NCBI GenBank assembly: GCA_027485465.1
Contig: JAIXRA010000124.1
Coordinates: 1 to 52,790 of the forward strand
Direction: 5' to 3'
Length of the DNA: 52,790 nt
Source: Bacteroidota bacterium
GTDB lineage: Bacteria > Bacteroidota > Bacteroidia > UBA7662
Shown here: positions 29,429-38,524 of the stretch, one piece after another
Layout of the letters: every line of letters begins with the position of its first letter
Position numbering within the stretch: the stretch's first letter is position 1
Translations under genes and position numbers: made by a program
The notes under the pieces: model-generated
Told to the model about the DNA's origin: nothing
What the model saw: only the letters and a program-made list of their open reading frames with translations
Databases searched by the model: none

Positions 29429-30398
29429 GCTCAAGAAAAGTCATTATTTCTCCGCTTTCCTGAAAGGTCTTCAGGGGTTCCACACCGTGTGGACGCAGGT
29501 ATTGGTCCAATACGGTCACATATTCTAGGTCCGACCAAGGTCCAAAAGCTTCTTCTCCGGCTAATTCGGGGGGAATTTGCATACGGATATACGTGGTTGG
29601 ATCTTCTTCGTCTGCGAAGCCAATGCCGTATTCAAAAACCGGGTTGAGAAGGTGATTGCGGTAACACATCCGTGCAAAAATCTCATCGCCTTGGAGAGGA
29701 CTGAGCGTTTGGTGACGGTAAGACAAAAATTCATCCTCAAAAAATGCCATGTGGGCCCCGTTGTCCCCTAGACTGGCCAGAATGAGTGATTCTCCAACAC
29801 GCAGGCTCAAGCTTTGGGTATTGGAACTGGATTTGAAATCAAACCCTTTGACATCCCCATCCAATGGTAGGATGAAGACGGAACCCGGGTCGTAACCGAG
29901 GTACTGCAGAGGAAACACGGCGCCTTGGAGGCTAAGGTGGATCATGCGGTAACGATTCAGAAAAGTGGATTCCCTCCAAGCCGGGTGAGCGTCTTCCTTG
30001 TCACTCAGGGCGTTCATTTCAGCGTAGAGCACACCGATAAAAAGCCAACACATCCACTGATAAATTCGTTCGGTTCGGGTCCATCCCAGGGTTTCGATAC
30101 CCGATGCAAAGAGTTCGGCGCATTTACGGGCCACTTCATCCAGACCTCCTTCCCAACAAGTTGGGTGCACGGGTAGTCGAAGATTCCGGTAATCCAAGGA
30201 GCTACCATTGACCAATTGGAGGCGATGCCCAGGTTGAAGGCCCGCTCGTTCAAACCAGGTCCCAGGGAAAACAGGACGCAGGTCTTTGGAGGGGTCGATG
30301 GGAAGACCGGTGAGAATGCAACGGGTATAATCAAAGCGATGCCCGGCTTCAAAGGGATTGAAGCGGACCAGATCCCCGGGATTAGCGGGAGAGGCCAT
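29412..30398 (-). CDS. Hypothetical cytoplasmic protein (about 328 aa) with no recognisable family
   Basis: A long ORF with no signal peptide. The start is taken at MASPANPG. It overlaps the purB 3' end by 17 nt on the same strand and the ribE 3' end by 17 nt convergently. Confidence 0.6.
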   Translation of the reverse strand: MASPANPGDLVRFNPFEAGHRFDYTRCILTGLPIDPSKDLRPVFPGTWFERAGLQPGHRLQLVNGSSLDYRNLRLPVHPTCWEGGLDEVARKCAELFASGIETLGWTRTERIYQWMCWLFIGVLYAEMNALSDKEDAHPAWRESTFLNRYRMIHLSLQGAVFPLQYLGYDPGSVFILPLDGDVKGFDFKSSSNTQSLSLRVGESLILASLGDNGAHMAFFEDEFLSYRHQTLSPLQGDEIFARMCYRNHLLNPVFEYGIGFADEEDPTTYIRMQIPPELAGEEAFGPWSDLEYVTVLDQYLRPHGVEPLKTFQESGEIMTFLEPRNGF

Positions 30399-31758
30399 GT
30401 GGCGAGGGCACGACGCCCAAATAAAGGTCCGGGCTGAGATTAAGCAAACGATCCCGGTCTTCGGGGTCAAGACCCAGCGTAGCAATAAATTGTTGCAGAC
30501 TTTCGCGATCCAGGCGCTGCCCGGTGCGGGTCAGCTCCTTGAGTTTTTCGTAAGGAGTCTCGATGCCCCGGGCCCGTAACAATGTTTGAATTCCTTCGGC
30601 GAGCACAGCCCAGTTTTGGTCTAAATCGGCGGCCAAGGCTGAAGGATCGGGCTTGATTTTGGAAAGGCCTTTGGTAAGGGAGTGCAAAGCCAATAGGGTG
30701 TGGCCCAGCGGCACGCCCAAATTGCGTAGCACGGTGCTGTCACTCAAGTCTCTTTGAAGGCGGGACACCGGAAGTTTCTCGGCTAAATGACCCAAAAGGG
30801 CGTTGGAAAGGCCCAGATTTCCCTCCGCGTTCTCAAAATCAATAGGGTTGACTTTGTGAGGCATGGCGGAACTGCCCACCTGGCCTTGGCGGATTTCCTG
30901 ATGAAAGTAGCCCATCGAAATGTATTGCCAGAGATCACGGCACAGATCCAACAAGATGACTTGGATGCGTATCATGTTATGACAAAAAGCCGCCAGGTAA
31001 TCGTAGTGTTCAATTTGGGTGGTGTAACGATAGCGCGTCAGCCCAAGGGTATCTTGGACAAATCGATCGGCAAAAGCTGGCCAGTCCGTTTGGGGCCAGA
31101 CCAAATGATGGGCGTTGAAATTCCCGGTAGCTCCCCCGAATTTGGCTCCAACAGGAACATCGTGCAGCATTTTTAGTTGACGTTCCAATCGTTCCACCCA
31201 GACCAAAAACTCTTTGCCCAGGCGAGTCGGGGATGCCGGTTGTCCATGGGTTCTTGCCAACATGGGTAAATCCAACCACTCCAGGGCAAGGTTTCGAAGT
31301 TTATGAAGGAGTTGCTCAAGGGCGGGTACGATGACCACCTGGCGGGCATCCCGTAACGACATGGGGACGGCTGTGTGGTTAATGTCCTGGGAAGTCAGTC
31401 CAAAATGCACCCATTCTTTGAGGGCTGCGCCCCCGTTTTCTTCCAAACAACCCTTCATCCAATATTCCATGGCTTTGATATCGTGCAGAGTGGTTTGTTC
31501 GATTTCTTTGATGCGCTGGGCATCGTCGACCCCAAAGGCACGAAAGCGCTGGTCAAGATCTTGACGGACCTTGGGATCGATGACGGGACCTCCCACCAAG
31601 TTGGCATCGCAGAGGGCCTGCAAATACAGCCATTCAACCAAAACCCGGTATTTGAAAAGGGCCCATTCCGAAAAGTAATTCCCCAAAACGGCGGTTTGGC
31701 TTTGGTACCGTCCATCCAAAGGAGACAAGGCGGTCAGGGCAAGGGAGTTCGTGGACAT
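30382..31758 (-). CDS. purB: Adenylosuccinate lyase
   Basis: Motifs LSPLDGRY, TSQDINH and the signature GSSAMPHKVNP. The start is taken at MSTNSLAL. Confidence 0.95.
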   Translation of the reverse strand: MSTNSLALTALSPLDGRYQSQTAVLGNYFSEWALFKYRVLVEWLYLQALCDANLVGGPVIDPKVRQDLDQRFRAFGVDDAQRIKEIEQTTLHDIKAMEYWMKGCLEENGGAALKEWVHFGLTSQDINHTAVPMSLRDARQVVIVPALEQLLHKLRNLALEWLDLPMLARTHGQPASPTRLGKEFLVWVERLERQLKMLHDVPVGAKFGGATGNFNAHHLVWPQTDWPAFADRFVQDTLGLTRYRYTTQIEHYDYLAAFCHNMIRIQVILLDLCRDLWQYISMGYFHQEIRQGQVGSSAMPHKVNPIDFENAEGNLGLSNALLGHLAEKLPVSRLQRDLSDSTVLRNLGVPLGHTLLALHSLTKGLSKIKPDPSALAADLDQNWAVLAEGIQTLLRARGIETPYEKLKELTRTGQRLDRESLQQFIATLGLDPEDRDRLLNLSPDLYLGVVPSPHGLSR

Positions 31759-31777
31759 CAAGGTTGGGTATTCAGAA

Positions 31778-31785
31778 TAACTTTG
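31778..31785 (+). promoter_or_regulatory. -7 box TAACTTTG (TAnnTTTG)
   Basis: Exact consensus match 34 nt upstream of the ATG at 31820. Confidence 0.4.
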
Positions 31786-31819
31786 CAAAAATAGCGTTTT
31801 GCAGTCTAAATCACGGATC

Positions 31820-32488
31820 ATGACCCGGTTTAATCGTCCTAATCAAGCCCTCAGTGCAGGACGGCGTGTCCTATGGAGCCTGATTCTGGGCTGGGGAACC
31901 ATTCTTGGAAGCGCCAAGGCCCAGGCGCCGGTTCAATCGAGACCCATGGAGCTTCCGGCTTACATAGACAGCAACGGGGATACGGTCCCGGTGGCCTTTT
32001 TGCCCCATGTGGATGTCCGCGACAAGCGGGTCTTTCGATCGGCTGCTGACAAAAAGCGCTTCGATCGACTCTATTGGAATGTTATGAAAGTTTATCCCCT
32101 CGCCAAAGCCGCAGGGAAGCAACTCAACGATTTGGAAGTGGAACTCCAGACCATTCCTGAAATTCAACATCGAACCTATTGCAAGAAATTGGAGACCTCC
32201 CTCAAGAAGCAATACAAAAAGCAGCTGATGGATCTGACCGTTACCCAGGGTCGTCTCTTAATCAAATTAGTGGATCGGGAAACCGCTCGAACTTCCTATT
32301 CGATCGTTCGGGAATTTAGGGGGTCCTTTCAGGCCTTTATGTGGCAAAGTCTGGCCCTCCTTTTTGGGACCAGCCTCAAATCCACCTATGAATTGCAAGA
32401 AGACAGGGATATTGAATTGATCCTGATGATGATCGAAGGCCAGGCTTATTCGGTTCCCTACAAATTCCAAAACACCACCAAACCATGA
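31820..32488 (+). CDS. Secreted or periplasmic protein of unknown function (possibly DUF4294 family)
   Basis: Signal peptide VLWSLILGWGTILGSAKAQA. The FDRLYWNVMKVYPLAKAA region resembles my recollection of DUF4294. The family call is tentative. Confidence 0.6.
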   Translation: MTRFNRPNQALSAGRRVLWSLILGWGTILGSAKAQAPVQSRPMELPAYIDSNGDTVPVAFLPHVDVRDKRVFRSAADKKRFDRLYWNVMKVYPLAKAAGKQLNDLEVELQTIPEIQHRTYCKKLETSLKKQYKKQLMDLTVTQGRLLIKLVDRETARTSYSIVREFRGSFQAFMWQSLALLFGTSLKSTYELQEDRDIELILMMIEGQAYSVPYKFQNTTKP

Positions 32489-33222
32489 ACCCAAAACCAT
32501 TGACTCCAGCCTGCGATTGGCTGGTTTTTGCAGCCCATCCGGACGATGCCGAACTGGGGATGGGGGGTACCCTCCTCAAAGCACGAGATCGCGGTTTTGA
32601 TGTGGTCATGGTTGATTGGACCCGTGGTGAATTGGGTACCCGAGGAACGGCTGAAACCAGGGCCGCCGAGGCCCTAGCTGCGTCGCGCTTGTTGGGTTTG
32701 AGGGAACGCCTCAACCTCGATTTAGGGGATGGCTATTTTGAAGGAACCCCGGAACTACTGCACACCTTGGTGCGCTGCATACGTCGGTTTAGACCGAGGG
32801 TGGTTTGGGGGAATGCGGTATCGGACCGGCATCCCGATCATGGTCGGGCTTCCGCCTTGTTGGGCAGGGCGGTTTTTTTGAGTGGCTTGCTCAAAGTTCG
32901 AACGGATTGGGAAGGTGAAAACCAAGAACCCTGGGCACCGCACCTGGTGGCCCATTATATCCAAGACCATTACCATGCCCCTTCGTATGTCACCAGTATT
33001 TCGGAACAATGGCAGGGCAAGACCGAACTGCTAGCTTGTTATGCTTCCCAATTTCATCAAGAAGGCTCCAGCGAACCGGTCACCCCTATATCCCGACCTG
33101 ATTTTTTGCCTTTTATCGAAGCCAGAGCTCGGGAAATGGGGCGTTTGATCGGAGCAGAATTTGGAGAAGGCTTTAGGATGGCGCGACCTCTCTGCCAACG
33201 GGATATGCCTTATTTACTCTAG
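32485..33222 (+). CDS. bshB1: PIG-L/LmbE-family deacetylase, probably the bacillithiol biosynthesis deacetylase BshB1
   Basis: Motifs AHPDDAELGMGGT, TRGELGTRG and DRHPDH. Confidence 0.8.
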   Translation: MNPKPLTPACDWLVFAAHPDDAELGMGGTLLKARDRGFDVVMVDWTRGELGTRGTAETRAAEALAASRLLGLRERLNLDLGDGYFEGTPELLHTLVRCIRRFRPRVVWGNAVSDRHPDHGRASALLGRAVFLSGLLKVRTDWEGENQEPWAPHLVAHYIQDHYHAPSYVTSISEQWQGKTELLACYASQFHQEGSSEPVTPISRPDFLPFIEARAREMGRLIGAEFGEGFRMARPLCQRDMPYLL

Positions 33223-33234
33223 TTAATTTACGCA

Positions 33235-33597
33235 TCAAACCCCCGTGGGTCCGCGATAGGGTTTTTCAAAACGAGGGTCCAGAAGCGAAGACCAAATCAC
33301 CGCCTTTTTCCAATCTTCGGTCGTTTTTGGTCGAAGATCGGACTCGGGTTTTTCCAAAGCATCGGGCTCTGAGGGCTGGATTCGGGTTGTGGACTGGATG
33401 GCTGGACCTGTCTTTGGGGCCTGAATGCGGTTATTTGGCATCTGAGCGCTTTGATTGGAGGCCTTGACAGGGGGGTTGGGTGAGGGCGGTGTCCAAACCG
33501 GCGGGGAAGGGGCCTGCTGAGTCGATGGGGTGGAACGCCTACTCCAGAGGGCGTACAAAACGGCCCCCAAAACATAGACGACGGTGGATAAGTCCAT
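33235..33597 (-). CDS. Small membrane-anchored Pro-rich hypothetical protein
   Basis: Has an N-terminal TM helix (VVYVLGAVLYALW) followed by a low-complexity P/S/T/Q-rich segment. Whether it is truly coding is uncertain. Confidence 0.4.
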   Translation of the reverse strand: MDLSTVVYVLGAVLYALWSRRSTPSTQQAPSPPVWTPPSPNPPVKASNQSAQMPNNRIQAPKTGPAIQSTTRIQPSEPDALEKPESDLRPKTTEDWKKAVIWSSLLDPRFEKPYRGPTGV

Positions 33598-33631
33598 AGG
33601 AATGTGGGCATAAAAGTAGAGGGTATCGGGT

Positions 33632-33639
33632 TAAGTTTG
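33632..33639 (+). promoter_or_regulatory. -7 box TAAGTTTG (TAnnTTTG) upstream of smc
   Basis: Exact consensus match 46 nt upstream of the smc ATG. Confidence 0.4.
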
Positions 33640-33685
33640 TAACCCCGCGTTTAGCGCGGTTCGAAAACAATACGATACTGAAAAT

Positions 33686-36600
33686 ATGCGACTTACGGAA
33701 ATTGAGGTCAAGGGTTTTAAGAGTTTTGGGGATCGGGTCTTGGTGCGTTTCAAGGAAGGGGTCACCGGGATAGTCGGACCCAATGGGAGCGGTAAGTCCA
33801 ATGTCGTGGACGCCATCCGATGGGTATTGGGCGAACAAAAATCCCGTATGCTCCGTTCCGACAAGATGGATGGGGTGATTTTTAACGGCACCAACAACCG
33901 CAAACAAGCAGCTTTGGCCGAGGTTCGGTTGACTTTTGATAACCACAAGGGCATCCTGCCCTCCGAATACCGCGAAGTGACCATTGGGCGCCGCTTGTAC
34001 CGTTCCGGAGAAAGTGAGTACCTTTTGAACGGGGTCACTTGCCGCCTCAAAGACATCACCAATCTCTTTTTGGATACCGGTATTGGCAGCGATTCCTATG
34101 CCATTATCGAGCTCAAGATGATTGACGAGATCCTTAACGACAAGGATCATTCCCGCCGTGATTTGTTTGAAGAGGCCACAGGGGTCTCCAAATACAAAAT
34201 CCGCAAGAAAGAAACCATGGCTCGTTTGGAGGATGCCGAAGCCGACCTGTCTCGGGTTGAGGATATTCTTTTTGAGATCGACCGTTCCATGAAGCAATTG
34301 CAAAACCAGGCCCGCAAAGCGGAACAGGTTCAGCAACTCAAGGAGGATTACCGGGTGGCTGCCATGGAATGGGCTTGGCATCAATTGCAAGGTTGGCAGA
34401 AACAGTGGCAAGAAGGCAGTGTTCAGGAAGGGGATTTGGGATCCGAAAAAAGCCGGTTGGATCAGGATTTGCAAGATACCGAGGCCAAACTGAGCGCTGG
34501 TAAGGCCCGAATGACCGATGCCGAACAAAACCTCAGCAACGCTCGTTCGGTCTTGCAGGATGTTTCCAACCGCCTACGTTCCCTGGAATCGCAACAACAA
34601 TTGCAACAGGAACGTCTCCGGCATTTATTGGACAAAATCCAATCCCTGGAGCAACAAAAAGCCAACGACCGGGAACAACAAGAAGAGCAAAAAACTCGTT
34701 TGGAAGACCTCCAAAATCAGTGGGCCTCTTGTTCACAGAATCTTGACGAGGCATCGGCTGCGGTTGCCGAAGTGGCCATCCGTTTGCAGGAGGCCGATCA
34801 CCGAATGCAGGAACAGGATCGGGCTTTTCAGGAAATGCGCAAGCAACAGGATGAACGTCAGGCCAATCGCTATGCCTTGGAAAGCAGTGCCCATGTTTTG
34901 GAAGCCCAAATCAAGGCCCTCGATTCCGAGAAAGATCGAATTCAAACGGAGACCCAGAACCGCAAAGATGAATTCTCCAAGCTGGAAACCTTGGTCGCCA
35001 CCTTGGCGGAGGAGGTGCAGAAGATGGAGGCCGGGGTTCAGGAATTGGAAGCTTATCAAGAGGATCACCAAAAACAAACCCAGGCTTGTCAGCAGGAATT
35101 GCAAAGCCTTCGCCCCGCCGTTGCGGAAGCCGCGCGTCGTTTGGACCGCAAGAGCAACGAGGCCCAACTTTTGGCCGAACTGGTCCAAAACATGGAGGGT
35201 TACCCCGAATCGTTGCGATACCTGCGGGATCACCAGGATTGGGCCCGCACCGCTCCACTTCTTGGAGATATTCTGCACGTTGAGGCCCTATACCGCCCGT
35301 TGATCGAACGGGTTTTGGAGCCTTACTTGAGTTATTACGTGGTCAAATCCTACGACGAAGCCCGTTCTGGAATCCGATTGTTGACCGATGCGGGCATGGG
35401 CAAAGCATCCTTCTTTGTGATGGAAGCCTATCGAGGACTCAGCGAACAAGGACCCAGCCCCATGAAGGCGCCCGAAGGGACCGTTGCTGCGCTTGGGTTG
35501 GTCGAAATCCCGAAGGATTATCGCATTCTCTGCGAGCACCTATTGGGTCGGGTCTACATTCAAACCGAAGGCGCGACGGAATGGTCCTTTGGTGAATGGA
35601 AGGATCGTTACCCCGGGACCCTGCTCGTCACCTCCAATGGGAATTGTTACGGCGATGGTCGCTGGCTGACGGGTGGTTCCATGGGTCTGTTTGAAGGCAA
35701 AAAGTTAGGCCGCAAGCGGAACCTGGATCAGTTGCTCGAAGAGGTCGAAACCGAAAAAGCGGAACTTCTCAACCTTCAAAATCGCTTGCAAATCCTTCAG
35801 GAAACCGAGGCAACATTGCGGGCCTCCTCCAAAGAATCCCAGCTCAACAACAGTCGTGCGGCTTTGTTACGCAAAAGCTCCGAATCGGCTCAGGTCCAGG
35901 CCCGGCATGAACAAATGGTCCGTGCCTTGGCCCAGTCTTCCGATCGGAACCGGGTGATTGATGAGCAAAAACAAACCATGCAGGAAGAATGGGCGACGCT
36001 CCAACCTCGGGTCGAAGCGATTCTGGTGGAACTCAACGAAGGCAGCCAAAATCTGGCGTCTATGCAAGAGGAATGGTCGGTGCGCAAGGCTGTTTACCAA
36101 GGGGTTCGGGAAGAATACACCGGGATCACCAAGCAAGAATTGCATTGGGTGAACCAAAAAGCCAATATGGAAACCCAGATGGATTTTCGCCGTGGCCAAA
36201 TGGAATTGTTACAAAACCGATTGGAACAGGCGGAGATCTCCGTGAAGGAATTGAAAGATGAACATGCCCGGCTTGCGCAGGAATTGGAGCAAAGCGATGA
36301 TCGTCGCCCTGCGCTCTTGTTGGAGGAGGCCGGGGCCCAAGAGTCCATGAACCAGGCCGAGGCTGATTTCTTCGGTGCCAGGGGGGAACAGGACAGCCTG
36401 GAGGAGCATGTGAGGCAATTGCACCGTCAGCGGGAAATGAACGACCAATTGCTCAGTCAACGCAAACAGTTGGTGCTGACCGTTCAAATGGAAATCAAAG
36501 CACTGAGGGAGCGCTGGGCCTTGGAGTTCGACAGCGACCCCGATATCCTGGATTCCATGGAGGCCCCGGAGCGGGGTGAACATGAATTGGCGGGTCTGGT

Positions 36601-37270
36601 TCAATCAATGCGCCGAAAGATTGAGAATTTTGGTCCGGTCAACCCGATGGCCTTGGAAGCCTTTGCAGAAGTGGAACAAAGGCATGTCTTTATAACCGCC
36701 CAAAAGGCTGATTTGGTGCAGGCCCGGGAAGCCTTGTTGCAAACCATCGAAGAAATTGATCTCAAAGCCACCGAGCGATTCTTGGAAGGTTTTTCAACCA
36801 TTCGTGAACATTTCATCGAAGTTTTCCGCTCCTTGTTCACCGCCGAAGACGATTGCGATTTGATCCTGAGCCATCCCGAAATGCCCTTGGAATCTTCCAT
36901 TCAAATCATGGCCAAGCCCAAAGGCAAAAAGCCACAATCCGTCAATCAGTTATCGGGTGGGGAGAAGACATTGACCGTTACCGCCTTGCTATTTGCTATC
37001 TATCTGTACAAGCCAGCGCCTTTTTGCATTTTTGATGAGGTGGATGCGCCGTTGGACGATGTGAACATTGACAAATTCAACCGCATGATTCGCCGTTTCT
37101 CCAAGGACTCTCAATTCATTATTGTGACCCATAACAAGCGCACCATGGAGACCACCGACCTCATGTACGGGGTGACCATGGTCGAGCAGGGTGTGAGCCG
37201 GGTGGTTCCGGTGGATTTTTCGAACCTGAACGAGTACGTCCCTGCCGATCAGGCCGCCGTGCCTGCGTAG
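33686..37270 (+). CDS. smc: Chromosome segregation protein SMC
   Basis: Walker A is GPNGSGKSNVVDAIRWVLGEQ. Long coiled coils are present. The ABC signature is LSGGEKTLTVTALLFAI and Walker B is FCIFDEVDAPLDD. Confidence 0.96.
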   Translation: MRLTEIEVKGFKSFGDRVLVRFKEGVTGIVGPNGSGKSNVVDAIRWVLGEQKSRMLRSDKMDGVIFNGTNNRKQAALAEVRLTFDNHKGILPSEYREVTIGRRLYRSGESEYLLNGVTCRLKDITNLFLDTGIGSDSYAIIELKMIDEILNDKDHSRRDLFEEATGVSKYKIRKKETMARLEDAEADLSRVEDILFEIDRSMKQLQNQARKAEQVQQLKEDYRVAAMEWAWHQLQGWQKQWQEGSVQEGDLGSEKSRLDQDLQDTEAKLSAGKARMTDAEQNLSNARSVLQDVSNRLRSLESQQQLQQERLRHLLDKIQSLEQQKANDREQQEEQKTRLEDLQNQWASCSQNLDEASAAVAEVAIRLQEADHRMQEQDRAFQEMRKQQDERQANRYALESSAHVLEAQIKALDSEKDRIQTETQNRKDEFSKLETLVATLAEEVQKMEAGVQELEAYQEDHQKQTQACQQELQSLRPAVAEAARRLDRKSNEAQLLAELVQNMEGYPESLRYLRDHQDWARTAPLLGDILHVEALYRPLIERVLEPYLSYYVVKSYDEARSGIRLLTDAGMGKASFFVMEAYRGLSEQGPSPMKAPEGTVAALGLVEIPKDYRILCEHLLGRVYIQTEGATEWSFGEWKDRYPGTLLVTSNGNCYGDGRWLTGGSMGLFEGKKLGRKRNLDQLLEEVETEKAELLNLQNRLQILQETEATLRASSKESQLNNSRAALLRKSSESAQVQARHEQMVRALAQSSDRNRVIDEQKQTMQEEWATLQPRVEAILVELNEGSQNLASMQEEWSVRKAVYQGVREEYTGITKQELHWVNQKANMETQMDFRRGQMELLQNRLEQAEISVKELKDEHARLAQELEQSDDRRPALLLEEAGAQESMNQAEADFFGARGEQDSLEEHVRQLHRQREMNDQLLSQRKQLVLTVQMEIKALRERWALEFDSDPDILDSMEAPERGEHELAGLVQSMRRKIENFGPVNPMALEAFAEVEQRHVFITAQKADLVQAREALLQTIEEIDLKATERFLEGFSTIREHFIEVFRSLFTAEDDCDLILSHPEMPLESSIQIMAKPKGKKPQSVNQLSGGEKTLTVTALLFAIYLYKPAPFCIFDEVDAPLDDVNIDKFNRMIRRFSKDSQFIIVTHNKRTMETTDLMYGVTMVEQGVSRVVPVDFSNLNEYVPADQAAVPA

Positions 37271-37282
37271 GACCAGCCTGTG

Positions 37283-38509
37283 TTAGGAGAATTTAATGTT
37301 ACGATCCACCGTGCGTTGGGCAAAGAAGAAGGCGGCTAGGTAGAGGAGGATCGCGGTTGTGGCCAGCGCCCAGCCGTTGACAAGGGCCCATTCGCTCCAT
37401 GCCAAGCGCAGGGGGACGGCATCCAAGTAATAGGAACCCGGATCAAGGCCAAACCAACGGTAGCGAATCTGGGTGAACATCAAGATGCCCAGGCCTAGGT
37501 TACCGAGCAACCACCCTTTGAGAACCATTCGCATGCCCAGTTGCCAAACAACCAAGGCCAATGGACCGGACCTCAACCCCAGGCTTTGGAGGATTCCCAA
37601 GCTATTTTGGCGTTCAAGTAGCAGGATAAACAGGGCGGAGATCAAGTTGACCGCCCCGACACTTGCTAGGAGTATGAGCAAAACCAAACGGTTGGTATCA
37701 AAAAAATTCAACCATTCAAAGAGGGAAGGCATTTGATCCTGCAGGGTCAGACATTCCTGTTGCACCGGTAACCTGGTTTCTATACGATCGCGTACCGACG
37801 CCATGCGCTCAAAATTTTTTAACTCCAATTCCAGATGACTGCAGCGATCCGGACCCCATCCCAGGATGCGTGACAGAAGGGCCGAGGGCACCAAGGCCAC
37901 CGGTCGCCCCAATTCGCTTTGCATAGGCATTTCAAAAAGGCCCACCACCCGCAACGAGCGCATTCGCACCGGTTCCTGCATGAAATAAACGGTCAACTTA
38001 TCTCCAAGTTGGATGTTGAGTTCCCTTGCTACGTCCTTGGGGAGCAGTATTTCTTGGGCGTTTGCTTTGGGCCAGCGAGGTATGGGCCCTTGGACCAGTG
38101 TTCCGGCCGGAAAGGGCTGCGGCACCGTGTCCATGCCTTTGAGGAGGAGGCCCTCCATCCCGGCCTTGGTTTGGGCAAGGGCCGGAACCAAGATGACGGG
38201 GGAGACGCGCACCACCTCGGGTTCTTGCTCGAGGGTTTGCCGCAGGTCATAATCCAGCTTCAGGGGTTCTCGGTATTCCTGCTCGGTGGTTTGGAGATTC
38301 CGGACTTGGAGATGCCCCCAAAATCTCCCCATGCGTTGAGGGATTTCCCATTGAAAGCCGTTGACCACCGCATGCCCCAAGAGATAGAGACAGATTCCGG
38401 CCGCCGTACTGAGAACCGCCATGCGTTGGACGGTCCGGGTATGTTGCCCGGCTTGGGCCCCTGTGAGGGTTCTGCTCAGAAGTTTTCGTAATTCCGGGGA
38501 CCAAGCCAT
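37283..38509 (-). CDS. ABC transporter permease, FtsX/LolC/E-like
   Basis: 408 aa, with an N-terminal TM helix, a large extracytoplasmic domain and three C-terminal TM helices (FtsX-type topology). No adjacent ATPase gene is present. Confidence 0.65.
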   Translation of the reverse strand: MAWSPELRKLLSRTLTGAQAGQHTRTVQRMAVLSTAAGICLYLLGHAVVNGFQWEIPQRMGRFWGHLQVRNLQTTEQEYREPLKLDYDLRQTLEQEPEVVRVSPVILVPALAQTKAGMEGLLLKGMDTVPQPFPAGTLVQGPIPRWPKANAQEILLPKDVARELNIQLGDKLTVYFMQEPVRMRSLRVVGLFEMPMQSELGRPVALVPSALLSRILGWGPDRCSHLELELKNFERMASVRDRIETRLPVQQECLTLQDQMPSLFEWLNFFDTNRLVLLILLASVGAVNLISALFILLLERQNSLGILQSLGLRSGPLALVVWQLGMRMVLKGWLLGNLGLGILMFTQIRYRWFGLDPGSYYLDAVPLRLAWSEWALVNGWALATTAILLYLAAFFFAQRTVDRNIKFS

Positions 38510-38516
38510 AGATTTG
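38509..38516 (+). promoter_or_regulatory. -7 box TAGATTTG (TAnnTTTG) 8 nt before the DUF1343 ATG, overlapping the divergent permease start codon
   Basis: The sequence reads ccaTAGATTTGtcaaaagtATG. Confidence 0.4.
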
Positions 38517-38524
38517 TCAAAAGT

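Noticed and set aside
33650-33672. GGTTCGAA T-loop-like string (gcgcGGTTCGAAaac) suggesting a tRNA
   Set aside because: It has no complementary T-stem, acceptor stem or anticodon arm around it, and the 88-nt intergenic region cannot fold as a cloverleaf. It is only a short CCGCG/CGCGG hairpin.
33539-34528. 329-aa ORF antisense to the 5' part of smc
   Set aside because: It overlaps both smc and the small Pro-rich gene. It has no recognisable domain, and the smc head-domain assignment explains the region.
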